64,000 nt of DNA from the human T2T-CHM13v2.0 reference genome, Homo sapiens. The notes under the pieces were generated by a model that had not been told where the DNA came from, searched no databases, and was given only the letters and a program-made list of their open reading frames with translations. The position numbers were made by a program, and so were the translations under genes. Where the stretch lies: the NCBI RefSeq assembly GCF_009914755.1, contig NC_060942.1; one strand, given 5' to 3'. This document shows positions 1 through 12,890 of the stretch, in pieces; within the stretch, counting starts at the first letter, position 1; each line of letters starts with the position of its first letter.

Positions 1-462
1 AAAAAAGATTAGCTGGGCATGGTGGTGCACAAGCATGGTCCCAGCTAGTTGGGTGGCTGAGGTAGGAGGATTGCTCGAACCTGGGAGGTCAATGCTGCAG
101 TAAGCCATTATTGTGCCACTCTACTCCAGCCTGAAAGATAGAGCGAGCGAGATCCTGTCTCTTAAAAAAAAAAAAAATTGGCCAGGCGGGTGGCTTATGC
201 CTGTAAATCCCAGCACTTTGGGAGACTGAGGTGGGCAGATAACCTGAGGTCAGGAGTTCGAGATCAGCCTGTCCAACATGGTGAAACCCCATCTCTACCA
301 AAAATATAAAACATTAGCTGGGTGTTGTGGTGCACTCCTGTAATCCCAGCTACTCAGAAGGCTGGGGCAGGAGAATCACTTGAACACAGGAGGCGGAGGT
401 TGCAGTGAGCTGAGATTGTGCTGCTGCACTTCAGCCTGGGTGACAGAGCGAAACTCCATAAA

Positions 463-493
<31 letters not shown>

Positions 494-598
494 CAAAATA
501 TAAAATAAAAAAAGATGTATATATTGAAGTATTTAGGGGTAAGGGAAGGGGCATGTCACAACTTATTTAAAAGTAGTTCAGGATAAAAGGTGTGTATA

Positions 599-1250
599 AA
601 ATTGGTTCTTATTATTTAAGGTAGTTATGTTCTGTAAAGGCACAACCAACACTGAATTAGCAAGCACCGAATTGCTGCTCCTAGAGGAAATATAGTTAAG
701 TTCCTTCGAGCCTCTAGTCATGACATTTTTGACCACTGACCAATACATGACCTTATTTCATGTGTGTTTCTATTTAAAGACATCTTATTCAATGTAGATT
801 GTTGATTCATTAACATTGAACTAACAGTCAACAGCACTACAACTCACGCTTGAAGAAGCTTCTCTAACGTGTGTATTATTTCTCTGTAAGTGCAGCTTCC
901 TTGCACTTAGGAACACTAAACAGCTCTTCAACACTTTGCCTGGGGGCTGTTTTAAACAGCAAAATCACCAACAGAAAGCACAAAAATATGAAAAACATGG
1001 CACTAACTAGACTACAAAAAAAGGACGCTTGTTTACAGTATAAGAGTGAAAATAAGAGGCAGAGTGTCACCTTTTTCAGTCTCAGCTGGAAATATGCGGA
1101 TCAGGCAACTCAAATTTGTGCTGCTCTGTGCATATCTATAAAAGACAGCAAAAGTCCTTTGATTGATGATTGATTTGGCGGTTATGAATACATTTTGGCA
1201 AGTAGACAAATTCACAAATACAGAATCTGCAAATAATGAGGACCAAAAGT
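599..1250. mobile_element. TcMar-Tigger DNA transposon relic (MER82-like)
   Basis: Imperfect TIRs TTGGTTCTTATTATT ... AATAATGAGGACCAA; internal sequence resembles recalled MER82 consensus. Confidence 0.65.
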
Positions 1251-4200
1251 GTGTGTTTGTGTGTGTGTATACACGTACACACAAACACATATATACACAT
1301 GGAAAGAGAGAGCAAGAGCAAATGGTAAAACAAATCAAAATGTTAAACATTAGTGAACCTGGGTGAAGGATATATGAGAGTTGTAAGTAGTATTTATTTT
1401 TTGTGAGACAAAAATATGAAGCACATGGCACTAAATAGACTGCAAAAAAGGACACTTGTTTTCAGGGTCTCACTTTGTCATCCAGGCTGGAGTGCAGTAG
1501 TAGGATCAGGGCTCACTGCAGCCTCGACCTCCTGGGCTCAAGTGATCCTTCCAACTCAGCCTCCCGAGTAGCTGGAGCTACAGGCACATGCCACCACATC
1601 CAGCTAGTTTTTTAAATGTTTTGCTATGTTGCCTAGGCTGGTCTCAAACTCCTGGGTTCAAGCAATCTTCTTGCCTTAGCTACTCAAAGTGCTGGGATTA
1701 CAGGCGTGAGCCATTGTGCCCAGCTGCAAGTAGGACTTCTTGCAACTCTTCTCTAAATTTGAAATTATTTGAAATGAAAAGTTTAAAAATTCAATAAATT
1801 CATATTACTCCTCGGCTTAAAATATTTAAATTGCTTTTATGTGCACATCACACATCCTTTAAGACCCTGAAGAGTCAGGCCTCTACCTGCCTCTCCAACA
1901 TAATTCAGGCCACTGGCCCTCCAGCTTACTCTGGTCAGTCTCAGAGGCTTTCTTTTAATTCCTGGAACACTTCCCTAGCTCCCTATCTAAATTAGATTCT
2001 GTTTATTATTCTCTTTCAAAGCACAGCATTTATCAAAATTTGTAATTATACATGCAAACAATTATGTGTTCTTGTTTAATAAATGTTATGTATAAAATAA
2101 TAATTATGAAGACATTTTAGAAATGGGGAATTATTGAGGTGACCAGCTTTAAATGTTTAGGCATGGAAAATTATTTAGGCAAAGTTAAGTTCTACATTAC
2201 ATACAAAATTATTCATACACCGCATATAGTAGCAAACATAAAATGGACAAGAATTAGAAATAATATGCAAATGCCTGATGTGGTGGTTCATGCCTATAAT
2301 CCTAGCACTTTGAGAGGCCTCAAACAGGAGGACTTCTTGAGGCCAGGAGTTCAAGACCAGCTTAGGCAACAAAGCAAGAGCCCTGCTGTCTGTACAAAAA
2401 TAAATGAAGTAATATGCAAAAATGAGAATTCAGGAATAATGATGGAATTATAAACAGATGAAAATTAGTAAGTTTTTTAGGCTGCTTTTACTAAGAAAGA
2501 AAAATAATACCACTTCAAAGACTGACTAATTACAATGTTAATGCTAAATAAATATTTTGAATAAAAATCTCTGGCTAGCCATGGTGGTTTGGCCCTGTAA
2601 TCCCAACACTTTGGGAGGCCGAGGCAGGAGGATTGTTTGAGGCCAGAAGTTCGAGACCAGCCTGGGTAACATGAAATACTGTGTCTACAAAACAAACTAA
2701 AAAATTAGGTAGATGTGGTGGTGTGAACTCTGTAGTCCCAGCTACTTGGGAGGCTGAGGTGGGTGATTGCTTGAACCCAGGATTTTCAGGCTGCAGTTAG
2801 CTATCATGGCACTACTGTTCTCCAGCCTATGAGACAGAGAAAGACTCTGTCTCTAAAAAATAAAACAAAATAAAATAAAATAAAATAAAATAAAATAATA
2901 GACTAGAGTACAGAATGAAGAAGGAGCAAGGCTGGAGGTGTGGAGGGAACCCAGTTAGAATAATTCAAGTGAGCATTCTTAGGTATGAATTAAGAGAGTG
3001 ACAGTGGGAATGAGAGAGACTGATGGATTCTAGGGATATTAAACAATTGATTACGAGATTGACAGGATCTAATGACTGATTGAAACAAGTGAAGAATGGG
3101 AAAAACTCAAGGTCAATTCTTTTTTTTTTTTTTTGAGCTAGTTTCCCTCTGTCGCCCAGGCTGGATAGCGGCGGCTCGATCTCAGCTCACTGCAACCTCT
3201 GCCTCCTGGGTTCGAGCAATTCTCCCTGCCTCAGCCTCCCGAGTAGCTGGGATTACAGGTGCCTGCCACCACATCCGGCTAAATTTTGTATATTTATTAG
3301 AGCCGGGGTTTCGCCATGTTGGCCAGGCCAGTCTTCAACTCCTGACCTCAGGTGATCTGCCCTCCTGGGCCTCCCAAAGTGCTGGAATTACAGGCGTGAG
3401 CCACCACACCTAGCTTAAGGTCAATTCCTAATTTTACATTTTGGGTCACTGGAGGGAGGTTGATCTGGTTCACTGACATAGGGACCATAGGAAAAAAAGC
3501 AGGTTTGAAGATGAGATACAGCCGGTTTTCTGTATCCTTGGGTTGCATATCTGCAGATTCAACCAAGTGCAGGTTGAAATCTGCATATATGGAGAGGCAA
3601 CTGCTGACCGTAATAAGTTTAGCTTTAACTTATGGGACACCCAGGTGAAGACACTAGGCAGTTGTTTGTGTAGGTCTTGAGGCCAGGAGAGATATCTGGG
3701 GTCAAAGATATAGGAAGTCAAAAACATACAGATAGAAATTAAGTCACGGAGGTAAATGCCATCACCCAATAAAAATATAGACTGAGAAAAGAAAGCGGAA
3801 ATATTTAAGCCCCTATTACTATATGAAGAATTGTAGGAGGCACCACGGGTACACAGACAGGACAAAATTTCTGTCTCTGAGGTGCTAAAGCTTGGGAGTG
3901 GGATAGGAAAGGGTCAGACAAGTGCTTTTTGTCAGGTATCTACTAATTATTTGGTTCTCTCTTCTCGTCCTCAAATTAACAAGACACAGCCCACTAAGCT
4001 ATGGGAGAGGATAGGCAAGAAAAACTTGAATAACAATATAATGAGTGCTATGATAATGTGCTATGGGACGGGGAAGAGAGGCTTAGATTATTGACTTTTG
4101 AAGCCAGATAGGAATTGGCCAGGTAGAACATGGGGAAGGTCTTTGAAGAGAAGTAAAATAATGTATGCAAAGTCATGAAGTCAAGAGAGACCTTGGAATA

Positions 4201-4469
4201 TTTGCAAAATTCCTGTAGTTCTCTATGCTGCCATTACAAGGTGCCCATGGCTACATGGCAGAGTAGAATTGATTGGACAATTTAATAGGTGCCAAATCAT
4301 AATGAATGTTATATGCCATGCTTCTTGAGATTTTATCCTGTGGGTAACGGGCGGATGTTAAGAAGTGGTAAGTAGGAGAGCTGTATAATTAAATTTGCAT
4401 TTTAGGAAGATTGTCCTAGAAACAGTGGGAGACATAGATTGGACTGGAGAAAGGGAGAATGATTAGAAA

Positions 4470-5172
4470 GGAATTTACACAAGTTCCCACCACCACAAAT
4501 ATCCATCTACCAGTGTCTATAGCCAAGAACTCTGCCTTCCCTTCTTTTGCCATAGATGAATGGTCTATGGCTCTTATCAAAGCTCAACCCCTCCACTTGT
4601 GCACTAGATTAAAAAAAAACTTTTTTTAGCGATGGGGATCTTACTATGTTGCACCAGCAACAGTGCAGTTGCTAATCACAGGCAGGATTATAGTGCACTA
4701 CGACCTCAAAAGTCCTCAAGTGATCCTCCTGCCTCAGCTTCCCAGGGAGCTGGGATTACAGGCGCACACTTGTGCACTAGATTTTATCCTTTTTTTTGCC
4801 TTCAAGGACATGGCTCCAACAATTCAAATATTCCTCTTTATTCCTCTATCAGCAATTTTCCCTCCCTACTGGAACACTGCCATCAGCATACAAACATGCA
4901 GTTATTGCAAAGAAAATCTCTTTCTTGACCTCATCCCTTCCCCCATGGCCCCATTTTTTTCTCCCCTACTTTGCATTATAACTTTACATTTCCATCCATT
5001 CATTCATGAACGTACTCTAAATAGGCTTTCACGCCCACATTCCACAGGACTAACTACTCTTGTCAAAGTTACCAGTGATGCCTGTGTTGCTCTATTGAAC
5101 AGGCACTCCTCAGTCCTCATTTTATTTGACCTACCTGCTGCATTTGATACAGTCAATCACTCTCTTCTCTAA
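4470..5172 (+). mobile_element. L2 LINE ORF2 remnant
   Basis: HSTGLTTLVKVTSD...SVLILFDLPAAFDTVNHSLL matches the L2/CR1 RT motif LDLSAAFDTVDH. Confidence 0.8.
4611..4766 (-). mobile_element. FAM (fossil Alu monomer) inside L2
   Basis: 7SL-like GCTAATCACAGGCAGGAT segment absent from dimeric Alu; 17-bp direct repeat CACTTGTGCACTAGATT at 4594-4610 and 4767-4783. Confidence 0.7.
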
Positions 5173-5227
5173 AGCTATTTTTTTTTTTTTTTTTTGAGAC
5201 AGAGTCTTACTCTGTTACATGCTGTAA

Positions 5228-5464
<237 letters not shown>

Positions 5465-6075
5465 TGAGCCCAGCCTGACTGATGTATTCTTTATTGCCAA
5501 GCTCATAGTAAGCACTCAATACGTATTACATAGATGAATGACTGAAGGTAGGTAGGGAGGAGAGGTTTTTGAAAATAATATAATTCAAGAAAATTGGTGT
5601 TATAATACAAAGTATAAAATCCTGTGTTTGCAGAATCTTTTACAAAAGAAATACTATTTTTGGGATTTTTGGCTTCTTAAACAGTCTTATTACTTTTTCC
5701 ACACTTAATGTGAAGTGAAAAGAAATGATTACTCTCACTGAGAAAATAGCCTGTCTTCTTAGGTTAAGACAGTATTTGTAATAAGTTTCAGCTTGGCATA
5801 GCTTCAGCAAGCTACCATATTTGTCCAGGTTCATGAGATCCATTAAAGGTACTTGGATGCTATGTTGAGGAGACTGGAGAGTATTTAGCTGTGCTTACAG
5901 ATTTCAATTGTCACTAAGAATATATATTTTAAGAAAAAGCTTGTTTTAATTTTGGATTATGCAAATAAGACGCATTCACTGTAGGAAAATTAGAAAATGC
6001 AGAGAGACAAAAACTATCACTTGGAATGTCTCTAAATAGAAATATCTTCCATTAATAGTTTTGTGTGTAATCTAA

Positions 6076-6354
<279 letters not shown>

Positions 6355-6528
6355 TGAGGCCTCTCAAAGTGCTAGGATTATAGGCAGGAACCACCACATC
6401 AGGCATTTGCATATTATAAACAATTATAAGAAAAATGGGTGGCTCACGCCTGTAATCCCAGCACTTTGGGAGTCTGAGACAGGAGGATCACTTGAGTCCA
6501 AGAGTTTGAAATCAGCCTTGGCAACATA

Positions 6529-6557
6529 TTGCCGAAATTACTTTTGCACCAACCTAA
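6529..6557. mobile_element. Solo MADE1/Hsmar1 TIR inside an Alu
   Basis: GCCGAAATTACTTTTGCACCAACCTAA sits between Alu GGCAACATA and GTTAGACC. Confidence 0.8.
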
Positions 6558-6799
6558 CAGTTAGACCGTTGTCTTTGCAAAACAAACAAACAAGCAAACA
6601 AACAAAATTAGCCAGGCATGGTGGTACAGCCTGTGGTCCCCAGCTACTTGGGAGGCTAAGGTGAAAGGATTTCTTGAGCCCAGGAGGTTGAAGCTGCAAG
6701 TGAGCCATGATGGCCTCACTGAACTACTCTGGGTGACAGAGACAGGGATACCCTGTTCTCCCTTGCACGACCTCACCCCCACCCAGCCCTGCCCTGCCG

Positions 6800-6801
<2 letters not shown>

Positions 6802-6842
<41 letters not shown>

Positions 6843-6860
6843 AGAGAGAGAGAGAGAGAG
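6802..6860. repeat. Compound (AC)n-(AG)n microsatellite
   Basis: About 19 AC units then about 9 AG units. Confidence 0.95.
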
Positions 6861-7675
6861 GGAAATGCATAAGGTTAACTTTATGAAAAAATATAGTTCC
6901 CCAACCAAGTCTCTTTGTAATTTGATGGTGGAGGTTAATTGCCTATCTAAACAAAGTGTGTGAATTGATGGTGGGGGTCTAGTGGAAATTTAGAAAGGGA
7001 GAGTTCTATAAACAAACTTTGATGCTTCCGTACCCAAGTATCTATTGAAACATACTATATGGAGGGAAAAAAATCGGGGATAATTTGGCCAGTTAGTGAA
7101 GAACATATCTAAGATTCAAATACACTACACCATTTTGCTTCACTGAAAATGTTGCATAGCTTCATTCAATTCATTACCTTAGCAAGTATTTATTAAATGC
7201 CTTTTATGCTCAAGGCATTTTGCCAAGGGCACTGTGGGATACATGATTAATCAGACGTTTTGGAGTAATGGAAAGAGATGTACTTTGGCATCATACTGAT
7301 GAGTTTGAATTCCAGCTTCTTGGAAACATTACTCTTTTAACTGCAGTTTTTAAGTTTGTAAAATGAAGCAGTTAGAAAAAGGAAATGCATCTCTTGGTGA
7401 CCAGCACACAGGAGGTGCTCAATAAATTGAGTTTTTCTCTCCCCAACTCCACTTTGAGGCATTTGCTAGAAGGTAAGTGATCAGGGAATTCACCATAGAA
7501 AGGGAGGGTGATTGGTTTAGGTCATGAGATGGATTTAGACTGGTCAAGAAGTGAGAGACAGTAAAGGTAGTAAGTGTGTGGACTTTACTAGATCTTGTGA
7601 GTAGATCTTATCTAAACGTGCCGGCACACGTTTACAGAGAGGGGGAAAAGCAGGAGCTGTAACCATCAGGTTGCC

Positions 7676-8145
7676 TGCTATTTTAGTCCACTCGGGCTTC
7701 TATAATGAAATATCATAAACTGGGTAGCTTATAAAAAGAGAAATTCATGTCCCATAATTCCAGAGGTTGGGAAGTTCAAGATCAAGGCAGATGTGGTATC
7801 TGATGAGAGTCTACTTTCTAGACAGCAGTCTTTTTACCATAACCTCACTTGCTGGAAGGGGTGAGGGATCTTTCTGAGGTTTCTTTTTTTAAAAAAATTA
7901 TTTATTTAATGTATTTAACTAACAAATAATAATTGTATGTATTTATGAGGTATCATGTTACATTTGTATGTGTCGTGAAATAATTAAATCAAGTTAACAT
8001 ATTCATCACTTTAACATGATTTGTCCTGAATGGAATCCCATTCATGAGGGCTCCACCCTTATGATCTAATCACCTTTCAAAGGCCCAACCTTCTAATATT
8101 ATCAACTCCAGCTTTAGCATTTTAACACTCAGTTGGGGGTATAAT
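7676..8145. mobile_element. MaLR LTR (MLT1-like), interrupted
   Basis: CATAAACTGGGTAGCTTATAAA, GGAAGTTCAAGATCAAGGCAG and CTCCACCCTTATGATCTAATCACC motifs typical of MLT1. Confidence 0.65.
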
Positions 8146-9627
8146 CCTAGCACTTTGGGAGGCCCAGGCGGGAGCTCAGGAATTGGAGACCAGCCTGGAC
8201 AATATAACGAGATCCCGTTTTTGCTAGGCATAGTGCCGCTCCCCTGTAGTTCCAGCTACTCGGGAATCTGAGGTAGGAGGGTAGGATGATCACTTGAGCC
8301 CAGGAGGTGGAGGCTGCAATGAGCCAATGGTGCCACTGCACTCCAGCCTGGGTGACAGAGTTAGATCCTGTTTCCAAAACAAAACAAAACAAAACAAAAC
8401 ACCACAACATTCAGATCATAGCATCTGCCTACTTGTAAAATCGCCTTTCAGTGCAGTGTTGGTTCCTACAAACATACAATATAATGACTTTAGCTTGAAA
8501 TTAAGGCATCTTCTCTGACTGCATTACAAACAGGCAAGTTTTTTCATATCGATTCACTCAACACCTTTTATTTATCCAGATAATATCTAGGATCACGCTT
8601 AATATCTAAGTGCTAGAATCTAATTATATAGATATCAAAAGGCATTAAGTTTTTCAGAAGACAGACATACAATTTTAATGTTTAGAGGTGATAGAGACAC
8701 CTATAGCAGCACCAAAGAAGAAACGATTTTCCATTTAAGATTTTAGGCAGTTTAACTCTAAAATATGAAAATAGGCACATCTCACAGACTATAAAACTAT
8801 ACGCCATTTTAATTTTTACAATGTCAATTCTAACTGCGAATTTTAGCAACGCTTCAGTGTGAAGACAGCAGAGAAAAACACTGAAAATGCGTGATTGAAT
8901 TCTTATTGAGTCACTCTTCTCGGAAATCAGTCCTCCCCATTTTCTCCTTAAAAAATAGAATCCTGGAGATAGTCTAGTGCTGGCTTTTCGAGGAACACAC
9001 TACAGGGGACACAAGGAGAGGAACACGGATGCCGCAGTTTTCCAAGTGCAGCTTGCCCCTCCCACGTGATAGGTTTCTGGCATCGCCCCTCCTTGCTGGC
9101 GATTCTGGGGAAGATTTTAACGCTCCCTGGAGCCGTCCCCAGTGACGTCACGGGCGCGGCTCCGCTCCTTGGCCAATCACGCGGCCGGATCCCGGGGAAA
9201 CCCGGGGCGGTGGCGGCGGCCTGGGCGCGTGCGCGAGGTCTCCGCGTGGCTATATAAACATGGCTGGCGTGGCCGCGCGGCGGGGCCGTGCCAATCGCGC
9301 GTAGGGGGCTGTGGGCACTCGGGGTTCGTAGTTTTGAAATTTCTGGCGGGGGAGCAGCTGCGCAGTTAGGCTCGAGGTGTGAGCGACGACCTTCCGGGAG
9401 CCGCAAGTCCAGGCTCCCCCGCAGCGGGACCCGAGCCTGAGGCGCAGGGCTGAGGCAGCGCACGTGTGAGCGCCGCTGAGGAAGCTGCGAGAGGTCGGGC
9501 GGGTGTCGCTCCGGGGGCAGCCCAGGCTCGCGCGGACGAGAGGAAGGTCCGGGACGCGCGTGTCCTGCCGTGCAGCGGGCGCCCGTCACTGACTTCGCTG
9601 CTGCGGCCCCCGCGCCTCTCCCCAGCG

Positions 9628-9723
9628 ATGCTGTGGAACCCGAACCGCACCGGAGTCGGCTGCCGCGCGCCAAGCCTCCCCTCACCTCTGCTCCCGGAAC
9701 CGCAGCGCCAAAGCTGCCGCTGA
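9628..9723 (+). other. Candidate uORF (31 aa) in TAF4B 5' UTR
   Basis: GCGATGC at 9628; MLWNPNRTGVGCRAPSLPSPLLPEPQRQSCR, TGA 9721-9723, 11 nt before the main ATG. Confidence 0.6.
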
Positions 9724-9734
9724 GCCCCTGGGGG

Positions 9735-10077
9735 ATGCCCGCCGGCCTCACCGAACCCGCCGGCGCCGCTCCCCCGGCTGCTGTGAGCGCCTCGGGGACC
9801 GTGACCATGGCCCCGGCCGGGGCGCTGCCGGTGCGGGTGGAGAGCACTCCGGTGGCCCTGGGCGCCGTGACTAAGGCTCCTGTCAGCGTCTGCGTGGAGC
9901 CCACGGCGTCCCAGCCCCTGCGGTCCCCCGTGGGGACCCTGGTGACCAAAGTGGCTCCGGTCAGCGCCCCTCCTAAAGTCAGCAGCGGCCCTAGGCTGCC
10001 TGCTCCTCAGATAGTCGCCGTGAAAGCCCCCAACACCACGACAATCCAGTTTCCTGCTAATTTGCAGCTTCCTCCAG
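9735..10077 (+). CDS. TAF4B: TAF4B coding exon 1 (codons 1-114 plus 1 nt)
   Basis: ATG 9735 gives MPAGLTEPAGAAPPAAVSASG...QFPANLQLPPG, the TAF4B N-terminus; donor CAG|GTATGT at 10077/10078, phase 1; lies in CpG island. Confidence 0.96.
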
Positions 10078-12248
10078 GTATGTTGATAACCCTTTCCAGC
10101 CTTGTCTGTCGGTCCAGCTGGCGGCGACGGGAAAATTCGCAGCTCCAGATTGCTCCTAAAAAAACTGAGCCACGGGAACATTTCATAATCTTGACTTTAC
10201 AGTTAACATATTCTTTTTGTGTCATTACTACATAGTTTTTCTTTTCATATTTAAGGAAAGAATCTTTTCACCTAAGTGATACAGTAAAAAGCTACATCAG
10301 CGTATTCGGGGGGGCTTTCAGGCACTGGCTCTTAGGTGGAGGAGATAATATAGCTGAAGTTAATTTCCATGTGGAGGATGGACCGGTTTATACCGTGGAT
10401 TTCCATACGCTTAGATTATGTAGAAGTGCGTTGTACTTATTTTATTAATTATGAATGAATGAATGAACGAATGAGGTATGGTTTCGCTCTGTCGCCCAGT
10501 CTGGAGTGCAGTGACACGATCATGGCTCACCGACGTCGAACTCCTGGGCCCAATCGATCCTCCCGCCTCGGCCTCCCAAAGTGCTGGGATTACAGGCGTG
10601 AGCCACCGCGTACGGCCTAACAGTGAAGTTCTTGTGTATTACAACTGAAAGAGATTTTTAAATTTAACCAAGTCAGAATCGGTTTACTGCTTTCTAGTAC
10701 CAAGTACGAATAATGCTGTTCCTGCACAATCTTTAAATGTCTTATGATTCTAACTTTCAATTAGCAGAACCCCTGACTGGGAACACGTGCCACAGTTGAC
10801 AAACAGATCAGTCATGCAATTGTTACAGTTGCAATTGAAGCCATGTGTCAACGCTACTGTTAATGAGTCTTTCACTACTTTCTATCCTAGGGCTTTTTAC
10901 TCTATTGGGCTGTATTTCATGGTTTGTATAAAGGTTTTGCTTTGTGATAATTTACATATTGTAAATATGCTGAATGATTTTGGGGTGTTCAGCCTTTCTT
11001 TACTGAAAGTCTCTTGGAGTTTGCTTTCTGTTAATTTTGTTTAGCAGTAATTGGAACTCTGAACTGCAAAGATGGTAAAAAAGGGGAAGCATTGATTCAA
11101 AAGATTCTATATCCCCTAATAAAATGACAGGGACCCTTTTTGTATCTAATGTTGTAGTTAGTCATACACGTTGTGGATAGATTTCACTTTTTATGAAGTT
11201 CTGTTTCAGTTTTATATGGTATACAAGGTATGTAAAATTGTTAAGGCACTGTTACGGCAGTGTGCAGCACCGAATACATTATTTGGCAGTTCTAAATTGT
11301 TATTCTGAGTTGTTATTCTGCATATATGTTTATAAAGTAGTTCTGAATGTGTTAGAATGAAATTACCCCCTAATTTGTTAAACTGTAAATCCTGTCTAGT
11401 CACTGAAGTTTGTTTATAAATAGTCAAAAAAAAAAAGTATTAAGAAAGAACTGTCTGAGAGGCTAAGGCACGAGAATCGCTTGAACCCGGGAGGTGGAGG
11501 TTGCAGTAAGCCAAGATATCTTGCCACTGCACTCCAGCCCAGGCAACAGAGTGAGACTCTGTTCCTCCCCATCCCTCCCCAACCCCCCAAAGAAAGAACT
11601 GTCAAGAGTGAAAATTTGCTGGTAAGTGAGAGTGAATCACTTACTGGAGGATTGGGGCCTTATCATGCTAAGCACTTTTAACAAATTATTTATATTCTTT
11701 TATTTGTTGGTCATAATAGGTAGGTAGCAAATAAGGAAAGAGGTCTCTAAGAGTAAATAATTTGTCCAATGCCAGGCAACCCATAGGTGTCGGGGGAGTT
11801 TTAGCTCAGGTCTGTTTATTCTTTCCACAACGCTATGCTTATTTTTTTACTTGTATGTGTACGGTATGCCTCATTGAGTGTCAGTACTGAAAGGTGATTC
11901 AGAGAACTTTAGATTCCAGTCTTTTATTTTATATACCAAGGAACCAAAACTGAAACTTGGCAGAGTTAAAATAATAGCATACTAGGACCATAGTCTAATT
12001 ATGTTCCTAGCACTGTATTAAAACATTGCATGCTATTTACCTCTGAGAAACCCATACAAAAGAGAGAAAGAAGATAAGTTGTCTTTAGGAATTGGTCGTT
12101 ATATAGGAAGTGGGGATTTGCTTTTGGGAATTTTCTGCTGACGTGTGGCAGAAGGGTGTACTAACTACATTTGTGCTCTTATTGGATAGAATAAGATAAC
12201 CAATAGTTGAAGAATAAAATGGAAACACTGATTAAAGTAACTTTTTAA

Positions 12249-12638
<390 letters not shown>

Positions 12639-12764
12639 TAGCACTTGATTACACAAGGGTGCTTATATATGTCAGTTCTTCATTTTTCAAGATAATGAAT
12701 ACTTTAAGTATTTGATTCTCTTTACTTCAGAGTTTCATCTATGAACAGAACTGGTTTAAAAAAA

Positions 12765-12797
<33 letters not shown>

Positions 12798-12890
12798 TAT
12801 ACATATATATGCACCACAGGTTTTTCTAGGGAGCAGGAGCTTGAAATAAAAAGAATGCACAAGAGAATATTTGAGGAAATATTAATAAAA

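Larger units (their letters stand above)
9000..10140 (+). promoter_or_regulatory. TAF4B: CpG island / TAF4B promoter and 5' UTR
   Basis: Abrupt GC- and CpG-rich block; E-boxes CACGTG 9063-9068 and 9461-9466; palindromic CRE TGACGTCA 9143-9150; CCAAT 9173-9177 and 9291-9295; TATATAAA 9251-9258; CHR-like TTTGAA 9333-9338. Exact TSS cannot be read from sequence. Confidence 0.9.

Noticed and set aside
8948-10181. Long antisense ORFs (333 aa and 271 aa) over exon 1
   Set aside because: Stop-poor GC-rich CpG island; low-complexity Ala/Gly/Pro/Arg content, no recognisable domain
10078-10235. Exon 1 frame reads on 52 codons into intron 1
   Set aside because: Good donor at 10078 with phase matching exon 2; no evidence for a retained-intron product
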